A stretch of DNA of 64,000 bases from an uncultured candidatus Porisulfidus sp. (lineage in GTDB: Bacteria; Pseudomonadota; Gammaproteobacteria; Poriferisulfidales; Poriferisulfidaceae). Position 1 is the first letter of the stretch. Every line of letters starts with the position of its first letter. The notes under the pieces were generated by a model. It saw nothing but the letters and a program-made list of their open reading frames with translations, ran no database searches and was not told where the DNA came from. Position numbers and translations under genes: made by a program. Location of the stretch: assembly GCA_965242985.1 (NCBI GenBank), contig OZ251520.1:1683227-1747226 (forward strand), given 5' to 3'. Positions 28,080-37,781 of this stretch are shown in pieces.

Positions 28080-29468
28080 TCATGGCCTATCCCCTAACTG
28101 GCTAGATGCCGCACTGGCATAGCCGAGATTAGTTTTTCGGAAGTCTTTCTGAGATAGTTCCGATGATCGGTGCTCGATCGCCAACAGATCTAGGTCTATA
28201 AACTCTCGTGTCCGCCCATCATGCCGGACAACAAGCAATTCGGATAGCACCAAACACGCCGCCACCACCCCCACAAAGGGTGCCCCAACCGCCTTGCCCG
28301 CAAGTTGCGCAATTCCGCAATCATCAAGCGTCCCATTTTCAACCAAGCGCCGATATGCCGGGCGGTCAGTGTCCCCCCCGCCGGCTTCAGTTGTTTTCCA
28401 AATTTCCCGAGCGGGACGCGTTCCGGGAAGAACATGCAGCCGCATGCTCTGGAAATCGCGAGGACCCCGTCCCAACCCCGCCTCAACCACCATGTCGAAG
28501 CCGACTTGGTCGAGTGCTCTGCGGGCTATAGCGTTGTCCACCCCGCATAGGGCAACACCTGGTTCGTCGTCCCGCCGCCGCCAGCCGCTGGCGAACTGCC
28601 GCTCGCATATCCTCGTTCGGAAGCCGCGCCGCTCCGCCCAAGCAGCCATAGCGCGGGTTTTCTTCCTTCCCACCATCCCGGCATCACTCAAGACCGAGGT
28701 GCTCTCCGTAGACCCGGTGATATCGTCAGTATCCTGCAGCATCAGGAACAGTTTGGCTGAGTCGGCATAGGGCAACAACCCGAGGCCCCACAGATAGGCT
28801 TGCCCGAGATGACCTAGGCCAATCAGCCACAGGCGGTCGGGCAGCCAAGCCAACTCCGGCTCGCCACCCTCTTTCAGCCAATCAACCTCTTTTGACGGGT
28901 TCCAAAGCGACAATCCAACCGGACGCTTTCCGGCAGGCGGACACTCGCCACGGACATATAGAAACGCCTCATTGATGGCGAGCCCTGCTGCCAGCATCGC
29001 CGCGAGGATCATCGGTGGGCCCGATTCCGCTTGTACTTCCGAATGCGCCGGCACAATCCCGCCGCGCCAGCCTTCCGCAACAGTCCGAATACGGAAGCCC
29101 GGCCGCCTCTCGCGGGGGCCGCCACTGATGAAGATGCAGGGAGTATCCGGGTCGGCGGAGCCGATTGCTCCGCCGAGCTCTGCAATGGCCTCGCCAAGGG
29201 TGTGACCCAGAGGCAGCGGCACAGCCTTTTTTACATCAGCGGGACATTCGACGGACACTCCGCCCAAGAATGACCGATGTCCGAGGGCGACAGCCGTTAG
29301 CAGAGCCGCTTGATTTTGCGGGTCATGAGTGTCTTTCGGGTCGATGCAGACTGCGAGACGGTACTGCTGGAAACTTTCTTCGGCCTGCTCGACACTTTCG
29401 GCAGAACCATCATCAAGCGCGAGCTTCATCAGACGATGCAGATCTTCAGGAAGCGAATCTTGTTCCAT
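28080..29468 (-). CDS. ThiF/E1-like protein (LWLIGLGHLGQAY Rossmann; ALCGVDN active-site region)
   Basis: E1 motifs; last gene of the Ubl-E2-JAB-E1 operon. Confidence 0.6.
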   Translation of the reverse strand: MEQDSLPEDLHRLMKLALDDGSAESVEQAEESFQQYRLAVCIDPKDTHDPQNQAALLTAVALGHRSFLGGVSVECPADVKKAVPLPLGHTLGEAIAELGGAIGSADPDTPCIFISGGPRERRPGFRIRTVAEGWRGGIVPAHSEVQAESGPPMILAAMLAAGLAINEAFLYVRGECPPAGKRPVGLSLWNPSKEVDWLKEGGEPELAWLPDRLWLIGLGHLGQAYLWGLGLLPYADSAKLFLMLQDTDDITGSTESTSVLSDAGMVGRKKTRAMAAWAERRGFRTRICERQFASGWRRRDDEPGVALCGVDNAIARRALDQVGFDMVVEAGLGRGPRDFQSMRLHVLPGTRPAREIWKTTEAGGGDTDRPAYRRLVENGTLDDCGIAQLAGKAVGAPFVGVVAACLVLSELLVVRHDGRTREFIDLDLLAIEHRSSELSQKDFRKTNLGYASAASSQLGDRP

Positions 29469-29477
29469 GTGAGACTC

Positions 29478-29996
29478 CTAAAGGCCGATGTGGAGAAATG
29501 ATTTTCTCTGGGACGGCGAAATGGCCCGCCAGCGCTTTCCGCCCAAGTAACGGTAAATGCCGATTTCATGCCGGGGAATTCGCCCCGCAGCGAAATTCGG
29601 CAAGATAAGCGAGCAGTGCCCTTTGCGGGCGATCATCGGGTGGTCTCGGTCCGATTGACTCTGCTGCGCTCCGCCGGGATGGACGTGAATGTCTGCAACA
29701 ACGGTCAGATTGCGGTTCCGGCAAATGGCCCAGAGCTTGCTGAAATTGCCGCCGCTGAAGCGGATGATTCCGCTACTGAGGCAGTGACGGTCCAAGTCGT
29801 CATACAGGACGAAGTCGGCGATGCGGGCGCGGACGCCGTGCTGGCGGCCGAGCAAGAACGCCCCGCTTTCCTGGGACTGGTTGCACCCGCGCTTCCGCAA
29901 ACCCTGCAACAATCGGCGCCACAGAATCCAAGAGCAGGAAAGCTCATGCTTCGGCGCAAACATGCGTCGCATGGCATCAGTCATTGAGAAGTTCAT
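29478..29996 (-). CDS. JAB/MPN (JAMM) metallopeptidase, probable deubiquitinase-like
   Basis: HVHPGGAQQSQSD JAMM-like motif; start MNFSMTDAM chosen from in-frame ATGs. Confidence 0.55.
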   Translation of the reverse strand: MNFSMTDAMRRMFAPKHELSCSWILWRRLLQGLRKRGCNQSQESGAFLLGRQHGVRARIADFVLYDDLDRHCLSSGIIRFSGGNFSKLWAICRNRNLTVVADIHVHPGGAQQSQSDRDHPMIARKGHCSLILPNFAAGRIPRHEIGIYRYLGGKRWRAISPSQRKSFLHIGL

Positions 29997-30444
29997 GAAT
30001 GAATTCCAAGTACTGAGTGATTCCATCCTTCGGACGCCAGATTTTGGATGGCATTTGCGTGCACCAACCAGGGTGGCCTTGAACGCATACCCGATCGTAG
30101 GGCATGTACAGGGCCAAACCATCACCCCAATCTTTCCGGAATACCTCCGAAGCGCGCCCTCCTTGGGGCCATTGGTCAAATTCGAGGACAGCATCTTGCT
30201 CCAAGTCCCACGGGCCACCCGTAGGCGGATCTTGGGGGTAGTTGGAGCAATCCAAACGCAGAACATATTCGCTCCGGCTTCCCGCCGCGACAGCAACCAG
30301 AACTATAGGCCACTCGATGCGAACCAAGTGCCAGTGCCCCTCTACAACACCAAGGCGAAAAGCGGCTTTGGCAACGTCGGCTTCAAAAGCCCTCTTATCC
30401 GGAGCATCCATGCCTACGGCTCCCTCAGCCCTGAATTCTCTCAT
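29977..30444 (-). CDS. E2/UBC-like (6E-family-like) protein
   Basis: ~150-aa protein between Ubl and JAB genes, with overlapping starts/stops; DCSNYPQDPP region resembles E2 active-site neighbourhood. Confidence 0.45.
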   Translation of the reverse strand: MREFRAEGAVGMDAPDKRAFEADVAKAAFRLGVVEGHWHLVRIEWPIVLVAVAAGSRSEYVLRLDCSNYPQDPPTGGPWDLEQDAVLEFDQWPQGGRASEVFRKDWGDGLALYMPYDRVCVQGHPGWCTQMPSKIWRPKDGITQYLEFIHELLND

Positions 30445-30916
30445 CGGGCACCAAATCGAACTCCACCACGCAATCCGGGCACTTGGCGAATGCGCCGACA
30501 TGCCGGTTCGCCGATGGCCGGTTGTCCGTGTTCACAAGCTGAAGCTTGAAGTCACTGGCGTCAGCTTTGGAGATTCCGAACTCGCTTTCCGCTGCCCACC
30601 GGCGCACCACGTCAATGGTGATGCCTGGGGCGAACTCCTTTTCCGCGGTCTGTCCGCTGTAGTGCACGCGAGCCTTGACCTCGTGACACCGGCTCAGGTG
30701 CAGTTTGAGGCCAATCGACGTGACAAATTCAGATACCAGCGCATCTTCATCCGCAGGTTCATCTCCGTCTTCGAAAAACAGGCGGAATTCTGGTGTCAGG
30801 CCGTGCTGCTTGGACAAGATTTCCTTAACAACTCCGAGAGTAATGCCGGCATCAACCTCAATGTGCTCGATGTTGTCAACGCTCTCGCACTGGTAAAAGA
30901 CTTCAATTTCTTTCAT
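30425..30916 (-). CDS. Multiubiquitin-family tandem beta-grasp ubiquitin-like protein (163 aa)
   Basis: Two beta-grasp-like halves (KEIEVFYQ...GITLGVVKEIL; KARVHY...GITIDVVRRW); start MKEIEVF with upstream GGAG. Confidence 0.6.
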   Translation of the reverse strand: MKEIEVFYQCESVDNIEHIEVDAGITLGVVKEILSKQHGLTPEFRLFFEDGDEPADEDALVSEFVTSIGLKLHLSRCHEVKARVHYSGQTAEKEFAPGITIDVVRRWAAESEFGISKADASDFKLQLVNTDNRPSANRHVGAFAKCPDCVVEFDLVPDERIQG

Positions 30917-31019
30917 GGGCGCCTCCCCAAGTTGTGCGGTCCAGCCCAACTGCCGGCTTCCGCGAATACCCACTAATCGGGCGGGGTCACCCAAACCGGA
31001 AAACGACGACAATCGAACA

Positions 31020-34000
31020 TCAAGGAAGACGCAGAGATCCAGCAGGAAGCACTCCGCAAATGAAGAAGTGCGGGCAACGAGGACAGACCACGTCGTCGGG
31101 GTTGGGCGGAAACACCCCACTAGCCACATGGGTAGCCAAGGCTTGTAGTGTGTTACGGCGATTGTCTAATTTCTTGTCGGTCAATGACACATCTTCGGAA
31201 GTTTCATCTGTCAAATGCAAAGCCTGCACTTTCGCCGTATCACCGAATTTGGCCTTGGCTGCCATCAGGTACAGCGCGTATTCCAAGCGATCGTACTCAG
31301 TTAACCGCTTTTTCCCGGTCCGCACGTGCCGGAGGACTCCCGCACCATCAGGCAGTTCGAAAACCTCGCTCGGCTCCACCCAGACCTGCACGCCCAATAA
31401 ATCGATTTCTATCGGGTTGGATGGCAAAAATCGCAAGTCCTCTCCGCTCCTCACAGCAGTCTTGATAAGCTGTGAAGCAATATCTCGGTACTCCGCCGCA
31501 TACGCGTGGTCAGTCGGTCCGCGCCGCTGCCAGATTTCCTCGAATTTTTTCTCGGCTGCATCCAAAAGCGGATTGGCTCGGCAACGCTCTCTCTTCAACC
31601 AGTGCAGAAATTCATGCACGCAATCGTGGGTCTGCGTGAACGCCGTCGTCTTCCGGGCTCGCTCTAGGCCAAGAACGTGCGTATAGAAAAAACGCCGGGG
31701 GCATTTTTCATAGTCGATCAAGTGTTTGCCCGTCAGATCCCAGCCGTCAGAAAACGTCACATCGACCGATGTCAAGGATTGATCGTCTGGAAGCAACAAA
31801 ATTTCAGGGCCATCCACGCGGTCGGCATAGCTTGGAAGCAGCCACCTGATGAAAGACGATTCTGAGTACTTTCTCCCACCTAGTCGCATTTGTGCAAGAT
31901 ACAGATGCAGGCGCACTCTGGCGCGCGACAGCGCCACAAAGAACAGGCACTGCTCTTCATGCCGGTGAGATTCTTGAGCGAAATCAGGCTGTTGCTCCGC
32001 CCCCTCAATCATCCCGGCAGGCGGCGGACAGCGCGAACCTCTGTAGCTTCCGGGCAGGCTGCCCTTCGTCAAACCCGGAATATGCACGGCCTGAAACTCG
32101 AGCCCTTTGCTAGCATGGATTGTCATTACGCGCGCTGCGTCCATGTGCAGAGCCACCGCGGGAACCTGCCGCAGGTCTCGGTCCTCCCTCAACAGAACCA
32201 GCCGCCGGATTCGTTCCAGCATGTTCCGGATGGCCGAACCACTAGACACCGGCCCCGGCGAGCGGATGAAATTCAGGAATTGCCAAACCGCGACTGCGCG
32301 CAAACGGCCCGCAACCGAATGTTCCTCTGCCATCCGACGGACAAGATCGGTCCGATCCAGAAGATATTCCGACAGCATGTTCCACGGCGTGGAGTCACCG
32401 GAAACTCCAGCGAAATCCCGCGCCAACTGCTTGAAAGCCGTCGCGCTTTCTTTCGACAAGTCCGGAAGCGTCGACAGCTCCGGAAGAATATCGATCGCTG
32501 GCCGGCCATCTTGACGAATGTACTGGATTGCCGAATGCACATCCTGCAGAGGCACTCCGTATCGCGGCATCGCACAGATACGAATCAAGTCATCGCCGGG
32601 ACGGTCTACTAAGAAACTCATCAAAGCCAGCAGGTCGCGCACCTCGCTCCGTTCAAACAGGCTTCCTAAATGAAGCGCCGGGATGTCACGCTTCTCCAAC
32701 GCCTCTGCTATCTCAGACACCCGACGGTTTGATCTGCACAACACTACTTGGTCGCGCAAAGAGATGCCCTCCTGTTCCAATTTGCGAATGTTTGCCGCGA
32801 TTCCCGCCGCCTCCTCTTCCAATGTTCCGTACCAGAGGATTTCCGGTCTGTTCGCACCATCACCACACGCGGCATTCAGAACCAGCGGTTCCATACCCTC
32901 AGACGCATCCATCTTCGACGCGACAGCGACGAAACTATCGACGACCTCCCGAGTGGAGCGGTAGTTGACCTCCAAGCGGCTGACTTCAGCATCCGGATAA
33001 TCCTGTTCGGAGAACTTCGCCATGTTCGCCGAGGAGGCCCCCCGAAAGCGATAGATGGACTGCCGAGCATCCCCAACCACCCAGAGCCTCTTCCCAGCAC
33101 CAGCAACGGCTTTCAGCAGACGCGCACTGGCGCGATTCACATCCTGATATTCGTCCACCAAAACGTGCCGGTGCCGCGAACGCACTTCCTCACGTACCTC
33201 TAGGTTGTTTTCCAGCAATAACGCCGGACGCATGACGAGGTCGCCGAAATCCACAGCTCCCCGCTTATCCAACTCGCTCTCGTATCGAGTGTAGATGTCG
33301 GCGATTTCCGAGCACTTTCCCGCTCTCGCGCGAGCTTCTTCTTCTCCCGCATTGACCAGCATCTGCTCGGCTAGATCACGGTATCGGCCGGAGTCCACAA
33401 GCTCATCCTTAGCGCGGGAAATGGCCTCAAGGACATCGCTCAAAATCAGAACCGGGTCCCAGAGATTCCGATAATGCTTGAGCGGCAATGTCGGCAGGAT
33501 TTCCTCAAGCATCTCGACGGCATCGCCCTTGTCATACAGCGGCGGGTCGGCCGGAAGACCGACTCGATCGTGGTGTCGGCGCAACAGATCCAAGCCGAAC
33601 GAATGGAATGTGCCCGTCCAAATGCGCGATGCGACATCCAAATCGTTCACAGCCAACCGCTCAGTCAGCTCCCCCACCGCACGGTTCGAGAAGGTCAAGA
33701 TCAGGATCGAGGCCGGGTTGACACCTTCATCCAAAAGCGACAGGACCCGCCCTATCAGCGTCTTTGTCTTCCCCGTCCCAGGACCCGCCTGGAGCAGGAA
33801 TGGGGAGCCCCGGTGGGCAACCGCACACTTCTGGGATAAGTCAAGCCGGATCTCGGTTGATTTCGGTGCGGGCGCAAGGTCGGGCGCATCAGGGAGAAGC
33901 AACGAGTCGAAAAGCTGCTGGCGGACAAGATTGATCGGCAGTCCAGTCAATCCTGCAATCTGCAAGGAAGTCTTTTGGTCAGCAACATGCAGGCGGAGGG

Positions 34001-34439
34001 CAACTGATCTCGGTAACAGCAACTCCCGAGCGAAAATATTGGCCTGCAGCTCTCGGCGTTCGCGGGCGCCATAACTCTGCACTCGCTGTTTCCCAACCCA
34101 GGACCTTTCCTCCGGCTGCGACAAATCGCTGAAATCCTCGCTACCGCGTACTGGCGAGGAGGCATGGAGCCGGGCATGGCCGACTTCGTGCGCTATCAAT
34201 TGAGCCTGCTCTACCGGACTCTCCGTGTTTTTGCAGAGTATCGTGCCGCCCTGTTGGTCGAAAAGCGCACGCGCCCCTTTCAGCATGGGGTCGCCCGGCT
34301 CCAAGCGAATGCAATCTAGTCCGAAGTGACGAGCGCCTGCCTCAGCGACCGCTAGAGGATCATACGCATTGACGCCCGCCTTAGCGAGCTCCTTATAGAG
34401 CTCTGCGGCGAACTGGCGACCGTCCTCGAACTTGTCCAA
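31020..34439 (-). CDS. 1139-aa fusion: N-terminal ImmA/IrrE-type M78 metallopeptidase (HEVGH), UvrD/Rep-family SF1 helicase (GPGTGKT, VDEYQD, TIHASKGLEF), C-terminal Cas4/AddB-like PD-(D/E)xK nuclease with Cys cluster (CPRCPHFFIC)
   Basis: All motifs seen in translation; stop of upstream gene overlaps start. Confidence 0.65.
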   Translation of the reverse strand: MDKFEDGRQFAAELYKELAKAGVNAYDPLAVAEAGARHFGLDCIRLEPGDPMLKGARALFDQQGGTILCKNTESPVEQAQLIAHEVGHARLHASSPVRGSEDFSDLSQPEERSWVGKQRVQSYGARERRELQANIFARELLLPRSVALRLHVADQKTSLQIAGLTGLPINLVRQQLFDSLLLPDAPDLAPAPKSTEIRLDLSQKCAVAHRGSPFLLQAGPGTGKTKTLIGRVLSLLDEGVNPASILILTFSNRAVGELTERLAVNDLDVASRIWTGTFHSFGLDLLRRHHDRVGLPADPPLYDKGDAVEMLEEILPTLPLKHYRNLWDPVLILSDVLEAISRAKDELVDSGRYRDLAEQMLVNAGEEEARARAGKCSEIADIYTRYESELDKRGAVDFGDLVMRPALLLENNLEVREEVRSRHRHVLVDEYQDVNRASARLLKAVAGAGKRLWVVGDARQSIYRFRGASSANMAKFSEQDYPDAEVSRLEVNYRSTREVVDSFVAVASKMDASEGMEPLVLNAACGDGANRPEILWYGTLEEEAAGIAANIRKLEQEGISLRDQVVLCRSNRRVSEIAEALEKRDIPALHLGSLFERSEVRDLLALMSFLVDRPGDDLIRICAMPRYGVPLQDVHSAIQYIRQDGRPAIDILPELSTLPDLSKESATAFKQLARDFAGVSGDSTPWNMLSEYLLDRTDLVRRMAEEHSVAGRLRAVAVWQFLNFIRSPGPVSSGSAIRNMLERIRRLVLLREDRDLRQVPAVALHMDAARVMTIHASKGLEFQAVHIPGLTKGSLPGSYRGSRCPPPAGMIEGAEQQPDFAQESHRHEEQCLFFVALSRARVRLHLYLAQMRLGGRKYSESSFIRWLLPSYADRVDGPEILLLPDDQSLTSVDVTFSDGWDLTGKHLIDYEKCPRRFFYTHVLGLERARKTTAFTQTHDCVHEFLHWLKRERCRANPLLDAAEKKFEEIWQRRGPTDHAYAAEYRDIASQLIKTAVRSGEDLRFLPSNPIEIDLLGVQVWVEPSEVFELPDGAGVLRHVRTGKKRLTEYDRLEYALYLMAAKAKFGDTAKVQALHLTDETSEDVSLTDKKLDNRRNTLQALATHVASGVFPPNPDDVVCPRCPHFFICGVLPAGSLRLP

Positions 34440-34442
34440 TCG

Positions 34443-35105
34443 TCAGTAACTCATAAGGCGCTTCTGCTGTTCTTCCGAAAGTCCAGAAGCGCGAACAGCC
34501 TGCTCGAAAGTCTGCTGGCTGGCAGTCTCAGGCTGTTTGTCCGACTTATAGAATCTCACACCGGCGGGAGCAACTTCAGGCGACGATGAAAGGTGAGCAA
34601 CGACAACATCTTTCGCGACACCCAGTACTTCAGCGACTGTACAGATGAATTTTTCCGGGATCGTGGATAGAACAATGACTCGGTCACGGAATCTCATCAG
34701 AAACACATTATTGATATTGAGCTGCTCGGCCAAAGCTTTGAAATCAGCTGGGCTGAGCACTGCAAACGGATTGGGCACGTTTGTCCGCTCCGGAGAATCT
34801 TCGCTTTCGCTCGATGATCCGCGCGCCATCTGCACAGCGGATAACTTGCTGTGGAAACGGCTGACAGCACGGGACACCTCGGGAGAATTAATCGCCGCAG
34901 TCACCTCCTTGCCGAGTTTTCCCGGATCTTTCAGCCCGCCGCCGAGCGTATCCAACACCAAAGCCGCGGCCAGATCGGTAAGTTCTTCCGAATACTGCGG
35001 ATATCGGCGAACGAACTCGTTCAGCAACTTGGCGTCAGGCACACTCTGCTTGATCGAAAACGCGTGCAACACGTCTTCCAAAGTGGCATCACTGGAAATG
35101 GTCAT
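34443..35105 (-). CDS. Hypothetical 220-aa protein, middle gene of the 3-gene operon
   Basis: Intact ORF, 4-nt overlaps on both sides. Confidence 0.4.
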   Translation of the reverse strand: MTISSDATLEDVLHAFSIKQSVPDAKLLNEFVRRYPQYSEELTDLAAALVLDTLGGGLKDPGKLGKEVTAAINSPEVSRAVSRFHSKLSAVQMARGSSSESEDSPERTNVPNPFAVLSPADFKALAEQLNINNVFLMRFRDRVIVLSTIPEKFICTVAEVLGVAKDVVVAHLSSSPEVAPAGVRFYKSDKQPETASQQTFEQAVRASGLSEEQQKRLMSY

Positions 35106-36058
35106 GAGATGGACTCCTTGAATTTTTGCAGTTTGCCCGCAACTTTGGCAAGGCGATTGCGGACAGTCCGGCCACTACAGTTGCAGAGCGTGGCTATCGT
35201 CTCTTCGGCAGGATCTCGGGATTCCGCTTTATAGCCCAAGTAGCACAGGCCAACGACTTTCTGCTCATCCAGTGGCAGAGACTCAATCGCTCTGAAAAGT
35301 TCATCCCGGAAAGCGACATCCTCCGGAGTTTCACGGGACTGCAGGACTTCTGGTATCCAAGCCATGGCTTCTTCATGGCCTTCTGCGTCGGATTCGGCAA
35401 CAGCCTCCGGCAGGGGCACGGCATTTCGCGAGTGCTTTTGTTCCTTCCTGATGACATCAAGATAAAAGCAATGGAATGCGGCATTGAAACGGACTTCATA
35501 AAAATCCAATCGCCTGGGATTTCCCCCGCTTTTATCCTCCGCTAACATTTCGCCGAACCGGCCAAGGATTTCCTCGCGAACCCCCTCCGCATCCGGAATC
35601 ATTTTATCGGAGATGCGCGTCATGAGAATAGCTCGGCAACGTGCGAGAAGCGCATGCAAAGGAGCGTGCAACCAATCATCGTTCTTTGAGCGGAGTGCCT
35701 CCCGCACCAAATAGACTAAGCATTCGGAACTGATGTATCCGGATTTCCCCGGCTTCGTGAGGTTCAGCCGCTCTTGCAGAACTTCGGCACTGAGTTTAGA
35801 TACCGCGTCGATTTCAGCTTCGACTTTCCCCGGACGAACGTAAGGCTTGCCGTTCCTATCGCATTTCGTTAGCTTTCTGGCCATGTCTATGTTCCTCTGC
35901 TCAAAAGCATGCAATTTGAATTCCTGAATTTTGTTGTGGTAACCAGCGCATGTCCCCCATGCCCGCTTGATCATGGAGGCTGTCTGCGAAAAAATCAAGG
36001 GAATGGAAAGGTCCGCCTCACCTACTAATCGGGTTCTAGGAACTAAAACGGAAACCAC
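35102..36058 (-). CDS. Sigma-70 region-4-like / HTH regulator (ECF-sigma-like C-terminus)
   Basis: C-terminal LPLDEQKVVGLCYLGYKAES..IATLCNCSGRTVRNRL resembles sigma region 4.2; true start uncertain. Confidence 0.4.
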   Translation of the reverse strand: MVSVLVPRTRLVGEADLSIPLIFSQTASMIKRAWGTCAGYHNKIQEFKLHAFEQRNIDMARKLTKCDRNGKPYVRPGKVEAEIDAVSKLSAEVLQERLNLTKPGKSGYISSECLVYLVREALRSKNDDWLHAPLHALLARCRAILMTRISDKMIPDAEGVREEILGRFGEMLAEDKSGGNPRRLDFYEVRFNAAFHCFYLDVIRKEQKHSRNAVPLPEAVAESDAEGHEEAMAWIPEVLQSRETPEDVAFRDELFRAIESLPLDEQKVVGLCYLGYKAESRDPAEETIATLCNCSGRTVRNRLAKVAGKLQKFKESIS

Positions 36059-36231
36059 GCACCCTTACCTGCAGATGGGGCCAACCTAGCGTTGGCGACT
36101 AGTCCCGCGCACGCCGGCGCGGCGAGCATCCCTAGCATCAGGACCGTGGCCGGCCAGTCCCGCCGCGGACGACAACTCGACCAAGCGCCAATCGCCTGCG
36201 GCCCCGTCCGCCGCACCGCGCCGCCGCCCCC

Positions 36232-37686
36232 TCAGAACAACCGCCGCAGCCCGACCTCGACCCGGCTCCGCTTGTACCGGAAGCGCTCGGCGTTGGACTT
36301 CCGCTCCTCCCGCACCAGCGCCAGCTCCGGCGTGAAGTCCCCCAGCTCCAGCGTGCGGTTCAGCAGCGACAGGCGCAGGATCCCCAGCCGGTCGCGCCGC
36401 CGAAACGGCCCGTCGATGATGTTCACGTTGTCCGAGTAGCGGTGGTGCCGGTCGTACGACAGGCCGGCGACGAAGCCCCCCGCGCCGAACACCGGCGGCA
36501 GCGCGTAGTCGGCGCCGACCCCGCCCCACCAGCTGTCGTAGCGCTGGCGCGGATCCTCGGTGTGGAAGCGCCGCCAGCCGCCGCGCCCGTGCACCGTCAG
36601 CGCCGGCGTGGCGATGTGCGCGGCGCGGGCGGTGGCGTCCAGCCGCGGCCCGTCGAAGCGCCGCTGGCGGCGGTGGTGCAGCCGCATCCGCTCCAGCGAC
36701 GCCCCCCACCAGGTGCGCTCGCCCAGCCAGCCGTCCGCCTCCAGCCGCAGGCCGCGGCCGCTGCTGTAGGTCTTGCCGCCGTACCAGCTGCGGTTGACCT
36801 TGGCCAGCGCGCTCACGCTGCGCAGCCCGCGGTCGGCGAACTCGAAGCGCGGGCCGGCGTGCAGCGACAGCGTCATGTCGTCGAAGGCGCTCCCGCCGTA
36901 GTCGCGCCGGTACAGCCCGCCGCCGGCGCGCAGCCGCGTCCGCGAGCGCTCGTGCAGCCGGAGGTCCAGCGGCCGCTGGTATTCCGCCGCGGCCGACAGC
37001 AGCAGCCCCACCCCGGAGGTCTGGCGCGCCTCCTTGCTGAGCGTGATGCCCTCGCCCCCGGGCAGCTGGATGCCGGTGGCCACCGTGCGCGCCTCGGTGG
37101 CGGTGTTCACGTTGCTGTCCGGCGCCACCGCCACGTGGAAGCTGCGGCGGATGCGCCGCCGCTCCCGCAGCAGGTGCAGGAACAGCCGGATCTGCCGCAC
37201 CACCGCCGGCGGGTGCTCCTCCGCCAGGATGCGCCGGTAGTGCCGCTCCGAGGCGTCGCAGTCGTCGCCCAGCAGGTGCGCCCACAGGTCCTCGGGCGGG
37301 CGGGCGCAGTCGCCGCGCTGGAACAGCGCGTGCGCCAGGTACAGGTGCGCGTCGGCCCGCGCCGGGCGCCGGCGCTGCACGTGCGCGAACGCCCGCGCCG
37401 CCTCGCCGTACAGGTTCTTGCGCAGCTCCCCGCTCCAGGGCGCGCCGCCCGGGGCCCGCTCCCGCTGCGCGGCCTCGAGCAGCGCCACGCCGAGGCGGAA
37501 AATCGCGTCCAGCCCCTCCGGGCGCTGCGCCAGCTGCTCGCGCAGCACGATCACCATCGCCGCCACCTCCGCCTCGCTCGCGGCGCGCGGCGCGGAGCCG
37601 GCCGGCTCCGCCGCGCCGGCGGCGGCGGCCTGCAGCAAGAGCGCCGCGGCCAAGGCCGCGGCGCCGCGCGTCGGGCGGGCAAGCAT
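36232..37686 (-). CDS. Slam-like outer-membrane protein (signal peptide, TPR-like N-domain, DUF560-like barrel ending RRLF)
   Basis: Start MLARPTRGAAALAAALLLQAAAAG signal peptide; paralog of 3765..5285; adjacent to a lipoprotein gene. Confidence 0.65.
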   Translation of the reverse strand: MLARPTRGAAALAAALLLQAAAAGAAEPAGSAPRAASEAEVAAMVIVLREQLAQRPEGLDAIFRLGVALLEAAQRERAPGGAPWSGELRKNLYGEAARAFAHVQRRRPARADAHLYLAHALFQRGDCARPPEDLWAHLLGDDCDASERHYRRILAEEHPPAVVRQIRLFLHLLRERRRIRRSFHVAVAPDSNVNTATEARTVATGIQLPGGEGITLSKEARQTSGVGLLLSAAAEYQRPLDLRLHERSRTRLRAGGGLYRRDYGGSAFDDMTLSLHAGPRFEFADRGLRSVSALAKVNRSWYGGKTYSSGRGLRLEADGWLGERTWWGASLERMRLHHRRQRRFDGPRLDATARAAHIATPALTVHGRGGWRRFHTEDPRQRYDSWWGGVGADYALPPVFGAGGFVAGLSYDRHHRYSDNVNIIDGPFRRRDRLGILRLSLLNRTLELGDFTPELALVREERKSNAERFRYKRSRVEVGLRRLF

Positions 37687-37781
37687 GGCCGGTCCGCTCC
37701 GCCGGATGCTCCGGGCAGGAAAAAGGGGCCGCCGGCGGCGGCCCCTCTCTCCTTGCGGCCGAACGAGTCGGCGCCGCAGCC

